In this document: positions 58,329 through 64,000 of the stretch, piece after piece
How positions within the stretch are numbered: position 1 is the stretch's first letter
Layout of the letters: every line of letters starts with the position of its first letter
Notes under the pieces: generated by a model
Database searches by the model: none
What the model was told of the DNA's origin: nothing
What the model saw: the letters and a program-made list of their open reading frames with translations, nothing else
Origin: Promethearchaeota archaeon
GTDB lineage: Archaea; Asgardarchaeota; Lokiarchaeia; Sigyniarchaeales; SOKP01
DNA: 64,000 nucleotides
Direction of reading: 5' to 3'
Assembly: GCA_019057795.1 (NCBI GenBank)
Contig: JAHLWS010000075.1
Span: forward strand, 44,498-108,497
Made by a program: the position numbers and the translations under genes

Positions 58329-59474
58329 TTAAATCAGTTGCCGTAAGATACTATTAATAGATTTTTTTTGGATGAATTCTTCAAGTCGTTGAGGATTTAT
58401 TATTTTCCATTCTGTTATACTATCACTATCTTTCCATTTTGGTCCAAATTGTTGTATTATTCTATAATTTTTTTCTAGTATATCAATAGCGTTAAAAAAC
58501 CGATCATGATTATAGTCTTCTTCGAGAAATTCATATTTTTTAATTTCACTTTCAAAATCTTGACGAATATATTTAAGATAATTTTTCTCATTGTTTAATG
58601 ATTCTTCATAATGATCATAAAAGACTAAAGCAAGATCACCAGCTAAAATCGCTAAATCTCGTTTTTCTTTATCATATTCAATTTCTTTATTACGTATCCT
58701 ATCTCCAAAATTTCTTGTATCTCCCCCAAAATATGCACTAATAATTTTTTTATGTTGAATACTACCATTATCATCTTTAAAGTACATAGCTTGAGAATCA
58801 CCTAAATCTTTTAATTTATCTATCAATAAACTAACTGTATTATTAGTTGCAGGATCTTTGGGGGGATTTTTGACTTCATAATAGTATTTAATGAGATAAT
58901 TTTTTAATAACATTCTAAGTATTTTTTTATGTGTATCCTTAGAACTATTTATTAATATAGTATTTGAATTATTTGGATTGATAGGAATGGGACTCATTAA
59001 TCTCTGTTGGATTACCGGTCTTAGTAGTTCTTTTAAATTCCCCTTATTGTAAAATTCTGCATTTTTATCTGCTACATCGAATGGCACAAATTGAGATTCA
59101 TCACAGATTATTATTGGATCTTTTTCCAGAGCAGCAGCATAGCCATATTCCCAAAAAACATTTACACTAAATATATCTCTTGTTTCTTGGCATTTATCAC
59201 AGACGATTTCTGTGGAACCTGATAAATCAGCAATTATGATTCTTGATTTTCGAATCTGACTACAAATGTTTGTACAAAAAGCTTGTTTCCCATTATATTG
59301 ATTCAAATCTAAAGCAAAACTGGGTTCTAATTTAAATTCTTTTAATACTGCTATAATCATGTCAATATATTCACGTCTATCGGGAGAATTTGAACCAATT
59401 ATGAATGCGCTATCTAAATCGCTAAATAATTTTGTATCGCATGATGCGTAGGGAGACCATGGGCAATTAACCAT
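58329..59474 (-). CDS. Protein with an N-terminal nucleoside 2-deoxyribosyltransferase/TIR-like domain
   Basis: IC.QIRKSRIIIADLS...NVFWEYGYAAAL.K..I......PFD. Confidence 0.65.
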   Translation of the reverse strand: MVNCPWSPYASCDTKLFSDLDSAFIIGSNSPDRREYIDMIIAVLKEFKLEPSFALDLNQYNGKQAFCTNICSQIRKSRIIIADLSGSTEIVCDKCQETRDIFSVNVFWEYGYAAALEKDPIIICDESQFVPFDVADKNAEFYNKGNLKELLRPVIQQRLMSPIPINPNNSNTILINSSKDTHKKILRMLLKNYLIKYYYEVKNPPKDPATNNTVSLLIDKLKDLGDSQAMYFKDDNGSIQHKKIISAYFGGDTRNFGDRIRNKEIEYDKEKRDLAILAGDLALVFYDHYEESLNNEKNYLKYIRQDFESEIKKYEFLEEDYNHDRFFNAIDILEKNYRIIQQFGPKWKDSDSITEWKIINPQRLEEFIQKKSINSILRQLI

Positions 59475-59554
59475 TTAAATCACAAATCTTTCATTACACT
59501 TGTATATTAAAAATTATACTTTTTTGTTGATAAAAGTTTCCAAAAAAAATGTTA

Positions 59555-62500
59555 TCAATTATCATCTAATTGTGTGTGGAAACCCACAACTTTCTCGATA
59601 TCTTCTAAAAGATCTGTCCTTTGTAGCCCTTTTGAAAAAGGTAAACTTTTTAAATTCTTTTCTCTAAGTGAGTTAACATATTTAATGAAATCTATAAATT
59701 CTGATTTTAAAATCTCGGGGTCAAACTCCCAAACTTCGTCCTTAGTAAAAAGGATACATTTTAAATTAAAAGCATTAAAGTCAGAAGGTTTCTTGAAGAC
59801 AAGTCGCTTTTGCATTAATCCGTAGGATAAAATTTGGAGTAAACTTTTAATAACATCAGTTTCATCATCTTTTAAATCAGCAATAAATAATGTATTGTTA
59901 TTAACTAAATTCAAATCTATATGACCGACGCAATATAAATTGCTTTCTATTCTTTCCCACACAGGGTTCTCACAAGCCATTGCATTAGGAAGTTTAATCA
60001 TAATGTTTTTAAGTATAGGTTCATGCCAAGGTCGTCCAAGACGCTTATTGCGAAATTCGTCATATACTTCTCTAACCAAATCCAAAAGTTTTTTGTAAAG
60101 ACCATCTGATAATTCATTATAGTTATAAATTTTCATTTTGGGGTTAGGACCAGAAGTTAATTTACTAATAAAATGATTTTTTATAAATTGCGTTTTTATT
60201 ACCTCTCTATAAATAGTCCGTCCATTTTCATCTTTTAAATGCTCACCAACAAACTTTAAACTGCTAGGTCTAATATTATTTTTCACTTCAAATTCATTAT
60301 AAGGAAAAAGTTTGAGGGACACATTTTCAACGTAATTATGCAAACAATCTCGTAAAATAGGATTTTCAATATCTTTTATTCGGATGGGATTATAAAGGAA
60401 TGTATATCGTTGTTTTTGATGCTGGAAAAGCTTTCTCCTTAAATTTTTTAATTCGGGACTCATCTCTAAAACAGCTTCAATAGAAGTTCCTCTTACATCT
60501 AAGATTTGTTGTATATCATCTTTTAGACATTCCCATCTTTTAGGTTTGATGACATCTATAAGAAACCTTTTAACCTGATCTACGGAAGAAATATAGATGT
60601 AATAATTTTGACGCCCATCTTTTCGAATACTTTCTTTAATATCACTCGTTCTGATATCTAAAGAATTGCATAATTCCTTAAAGTCCTCTAATATTGATCT
60701 ATTGACTTTTGATAACAGAATTTCAATTCGATCATGTTTTGATTTAACGCCAATCCAACCAGCGCCATTTATCATACCTCTTAGACAAGCAACCACAAGG
60801 GGCATATAATTTTTCTTCCATTCGTCTGTATTTTCCCTAATCCAAGTTAGTGGCTTATTAATCCATGATGGAACTCTTCTATTTTCGTTTGACAAACCTT
60901 GAGAAGTTAAATATTTTATAACATTCTGACCTGATATATGTAGTCTGTCTCTGGTTCTTAACATATTCGGTGGCTTTCCAAAAACAGTATTAATTAGATC
61001 CTTTAGATGTGTAACATAATTATGATGATCGTCTGTATTATAAGAAATAATCAAATCATTACCTCTGGTAGTAATAGATCCTCTTACGATAAATGTTCCA
61101 ATTAGTTCCGCATGAGACAAATTTTTTACTAATTTTACGGCTTCAAGATTTTTTCTTCCATATACAACTTTATGAGAAATAGAATTTTGATTTCCAATCA
61201 ACATTTGTAATTTGGAGAAATCTTTCTCTGAAATTACATACCCTCTATATAAAATATTATCCCAATTTGTGATAAATTCCTTTAATTTTGTTAAAGGTAT
61301 TTTAATTTTTATTATATGAGATTCGATAGCATTTAAATAAATTTTTTTAATGTAATGAAAAAAATCGTCGTCGTTCTTATAATTCTTAACAATGTCTGTT
61401 AAATGTGAAATGTGGATCCCTGATTTTATTTCTTTTTTAATTGTGTTAATACCATCACTAAGAATTTTTATCCTAGTTCCTGAAATCCGTTCTCTTCGTG
61501 GTTTTTTCCAATTTCTAATAACCTTAATCTTTCTATTGATAAGCAATTCCATTTTTTTTAAAGAATCTTGTGAAATTGACCGATCCAAATAAATCATATT
61601 GTCAAATCCTTTTACGATTTTATCTATACGTTTAACACCTAAAGATAATGTCTGTATATTTTTTTTAGTCATTTCACTACAAAAGGATTGAAGCATCTTG
61701 ATGAAATCATCTTCAAAAGTCTCTTTATTGTTGTTAATTATTTTCAATATTCTCTGAATGGGGATTCCCGCTGAAAATTCTTCCCTTATTAATGCTTTCT
61801 CTTGATTGGGTACTTTGATTCTCTCTTGATTGGGCACTTTGATTTCTGATTTATTAAATTGGAGATTTTCGACAAATTTAATATTATTCTCTCTTAGATT
61901 TATTTCTTGATTAGTGTATTTAAAATCCTCAGATTCTAAGAATGATTTTTTTATATTATTTTCATTAATTAAATATTTAATTTTGTCGTTTTTTTGTTCT
62001 TTCCTTAACTCTTTATATTTCTGCGAGATGTGCTTAAAAAATTGGCTAAACACTCGATTAACAAGAGGTTTATTCCAAAAATCGTTCCAATATTGCTCGG
62101 TGATATATTTTTTAATAAAAAAAACACTTGTAAATAATTCTAATTGGATCGGATCTAGCTCCTGTAGCCTTCCCGTCAAGAATTTTAATCTATTCTTTTC
62201 TTTTTCAGAGATTTTTTCGTTTTGAGCCTTTTCATATAATTCCATAAACTTTCTAGTCAAATACTCGAACTCGTCATAACTCTCAAGGGCTTTTTTTAAC
62301 TCGGATATAAATTCAGCGTTGCAAACTTCCTCAGAAGCCTCTTTTATCCATTGATTAAGGGTTGTTTTCCAATCTTCTTCTTCAATTTCTTTTTTTTTTT
62401 CACTTTCACTTTTAGAATTTTTAATCTTTTCCGCTCCTAATTCTCGTTGTTCTAACCATTGGCTATAACCGTTTGTTTTTTTTCTAGAATATATAGGTCT

Positions 62501-63964
62501 CCTGCCCGTTTCTTGGCGATATAATTCTTGAAGATGTTCATTTTCCTCTTCGTCAGATTCTTCACTTACTAGCTTTGTACTTTCCTCAAGGAAATCTTTA
62601 TTATCTTCGGATCCGCTTTCGATAGCATCTAATTCTGGTTTTAATACTTCTAAATTTTCTTTATTCTCAACATTTTCATTTGAATTTTGTTCGTTAATCT
62701 CTAAATCGAGTTTTTTAAGCTTTTCATTTACAATCGATTCTTGTTCTTTTTCAATTATTTTTTCTAATTTCTCTTCAAACTTGGTCGTTTCTATGGCTTC
62801 CTCTACCCTCGTATCTATCTCTTCTTGCGATTCCCCTTGTTGAACCAATTTCTCTTCTAATTCAACAGCCTGTTCTATTAAATCTACTCTATCCAAATCT
62901 TCTTTTAGATCTTCTACGCTCGCTTCGTCTTCGTGATCGACTAGCTTTAATTTCTCCAGTTCTTGCTCTTCAATTATTTTTTCTAATTCCTCTTCAAACT
63001 TGGTCGTTTCTATGGATTCCTCTACTCTCACATCTATCTCTTCTTGCGATTCCCCTTGTTGAACCAATTCCTCTTCTAATTCAACAGCCTGCTCTAATAA
63101 GTCTTCTCTATCCAAGTATTCTTTTAGGTCCTCTTCGCTCGCTTCGTCTTCGTGATCAACAAGCTTTAAATTTTCTTGTTGTTGCGCTTCATATAACTTT
63201 TCTGCGTTTTTAAGCGTTTCGTACATCTCTTCTGCTTCGTGCATTACTTCTTCTATCTCTTCGGGAGACTTTCCTTCTCGATCTAATCTTTCGCGAACCC
63301 CCCATAAATATTCAAATTCTTCTGTACTAGTAATTTCCTTAGATGCCTCAATAGTAGCCTCCTCTTCGAGTTCATCGCTCTTATAATTACTTTCTTGGTC
63401 ACCCTTTAATTCCTCTTCAACTTCTTGCCTAATTTCTTCGATTTCTTGTTCCTCTTTACTATCTTGCTCGTTTAGTACCTCTTTTTCCTTTATTTTTTCA
63501 TAATATTGCTCAGCATAATACGCCGCATTTTCTTGTTCAGCTTGTGGTTCGACGCTCTCGTCTTCTCCTTTTATTTCTCTGGCATATTCGGCTAATTCTT
63601 CGACGTCCTTTATAAATTCACTTTCATCGGTATTTACAATCGATTCCGTATCGCCTTGATATTCTTCTGGGCGAATCTCGATTTCTTCTTCTTGTTCCTG
63701 GTGTTCCATATTACTTTCTATTTCTTCTATTTCACTAGTTAAAACTGTAGAAGTTGATTGAGATTCAACATTTTCAACATAATCTTCTTTATTGTATTCC
63801 TCGTTTTGACCGTCATTTTTGTCCTTCTCATTTTTTTCTCGCTCGCCATGCATATCTTCGCTCCAATCGATCTCGTCCCATATAGTTTTTTCTCCCTCAC
63901 CATGTATATCTTCGTTCCAATCGATCTCGTCCCATAGAGTTATTACTAGCTCACCAAGAATCAC
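59555..63964 (-). CDS. 1469-aa multidomain protein: acidic repeats, degenerate LAGLIDADG-like domains, C-terminal PD-(D/E)XK-like nuclease
   Basis: HAELIGTFIVRGSI and ACLRGMINGAGWI resemble LAGLIDADG helices. GHIDL...IADLK...QILSYG near the C-terminus. Start position uncertain. Confidence 0.7.
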   Translation of the reverse strand: MILGELVITLWDEIDWNEDIHGEGEKTIWDEIDWSEDMHGEREKNEKDKNDGQNEEYNKEDYVENVESQSTSTVLTSEIEEIESNMEHQEQEEEIEIRPEEYQGDTESIVNTDESEFIKDVEELAEYAREIKGEDESVEPQAEQENAAYYAEQYYEKIKEKEVLNEQDSKEEQEIEEIRQEVEEELKGDQESNYKSDELEEEATIEASKEITSTEEFEYLWGVRERLDREGKSPEEIEEVMHEAEEMYETLKNAEKLYEAQQQENLKLVDHEDEASEEDLKEYLDREDLLEQAVELEEELVQQGESQEEIDVRVEESIETTKFEEELEKIIEEQELEKLKLVDHEDEASVEDLKEDLDRVDLIEQAVELEEKLVQQGESQEEIDTRVEEAIETTKFEEKLEKIIEKEQESIVNEKLKKLDLEINEQNSNENVENKENLEVLKPELDAIESGSEDNKDFLEESTKLVSEESDEEENEHLQELYRQETGRRPIYSRKKTNGYSQWLEQRELGAEKIKNSKSESEKKKEIEEEDWKTTLNQWIKEASEEVCNAEFISELKKALESYDEFEYLTRKFMELYEKAQNEKISEKEKNRLKFLTGRLQELDPIQLELFTSVFFIKKYITEQYWNDFWNKPLVNRVFSQFFKHISQKYKELRKEQKNDKIKYLINENNIKKSFLESEDFKYTNQEINLRENNIKFVENLQFNKSEIKVPNQERIKVPNQEKALIREEFSAGIPIQRILKIINNNKETFEDDFIKMLQSFCSEMTKKNIQTLSLGVKRIDKIVKGFDNMIYLDRSISQDSLKKMELLINRKIKVIRNWKKPRRERISGTRIKILSDGINTIKKEIKSGIHISHLTDIVKNYKNDDDFFHYIKKIYLNAIESHIIKIKIPLTKLKEFITNWDNILYRGYVISEKDFSKLQMLIGNQNSISHKVVYGRKNLEAVKLVKNLSHAELIGTFIVRGSITTRGNDLIISYNTDDHHNYVTHLKDLINTVFGKPPNMLRTRDRLHISGQNVIKYLTSQGLSNENRRVPSWINKPLTWIRENTDEWKKNYMPLVVACLRGMINGAGWIGVKSKHDRIEILLSKVNRSILEDFKELCNSLDIRTSDIKESIRKDGRQNYYIYISSVDQVKRFLIDVIKPKRWECLKDDIQQILDVRGTSIEAVLEMSPELKNLRRKLFQHQKQRYTFLYNPIRIKDIENPILRDCLHNYVENVSLKLFPYNEFEVKNNIRPSSLKFVGEHLKDENGRTIYREVIKTQFIKNHFISKLTSGPNPKMKIYNYNELSDGLYKKLLDLVREVYDEFRNKRLGRPWHEPILKNIMIKLPNAMACENPVWERIESNLYCVGHIDLNLVNNNTLFIADLKDDETDVIKSLLQILSYGLMQKRLVFKKPSDFNAFNLKCILFTKDEVWEFDPEILKSEFIDFIKYVNSLREKNLKSLPFSKGLQRTDLLEDIEKVVGFHTQLDDN
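62750..63170. repeat. Intragenic tandem duplication, 219-nt (73-aa) period
   Basis: caattattttttctaat..ctcttcaaacttggtcg recurs at 62752 and 62971. In the protein, KLVDHEDEAS...LEKIIE occurs twice. Confidence 0.92.
63833..63940. repeat. Intragenic tandem duplication, 54-nt (18-aa) period
   Basis: TLWDEIDWNEDIHGEGEK / TIWDEIDWSEDMHGEREK. Confidence 0.92.
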
Positions 63965-64000
63965 TGCGTGCCAATGGATCTAGGCCGTGTTTGGGTTGAA

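Noticed and set aside
60500-61150. Intein or active homing endonuclease in the 1469-aa ORF
   Set aside because: No recognisable Hint splice motifs or conserved host protein, and the LAGLIDADG catalytic acids are substituted.
1947-62225. Many short ORF-track entries overlapping real genes (e.g. 1947..2171, 7300..7641, 18892..19443, 20281..20694, 30170..30517, 49240..49560, 55045..55386)
   Set aside because: They are antisense or alternate-frame shadows of well-supported genes, with no motifs of their own.
62750-63940. CRISPR array
   Set aside because: The repeats are in-frame coding duplications (54 and 219 nt) without unique spacers, and no cas genes are present.

Overview
AT-rich chromosomal window from an Asgard archaeon, most likely Lokiarchaeia. 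The evidence is archaeal information-processing genes (S6e, L24e, L7Ae, S28e, S24e, S27ae, RpoN, RpoE, Spt4, Kae1/Bud32, TFB, Taw1, class I CCA-adding enzyme, aIF5B, a stand-alone EF-2 homologue) mixed with eukaryotic-signature genes (gelsolin-like domain, two roadblock proteins, three Rab-like and one Arf/Rag-like GTPase). Metabolic and transport genes, a VapBC pair and uvrA follow, and the window ends in an accessory-looking region (Fic, an NDT-like protein, and a 1469-aa repeat/LAGLIDADG/PD-(D/E)XK protein). The main finding is in the acetyl-CoA synthetase gene (22666..24678, minus strand). It is interrupted inside its conserved DTYWQTETGG motif by a 30-nt stop-containing insert (23379..23408) that folds with the flanking exons into a bulge-helix-bulge. 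Cutting at the canonical BHB positions restores W-Q-T-E-T-G-G and a 660-aa enzyme, so this is a candidate tRNA-endonuclease-spliced mRNA intron. About 1.2 kb away is a CoA-transferase-GNAT fusion whose catalytic Glu appears lost, a candidate Acs regulator. A roughly 250-nt structured intergenic RNA candidate lies at 7856..8101. All calls come from motif reading by eye; no searches were run.
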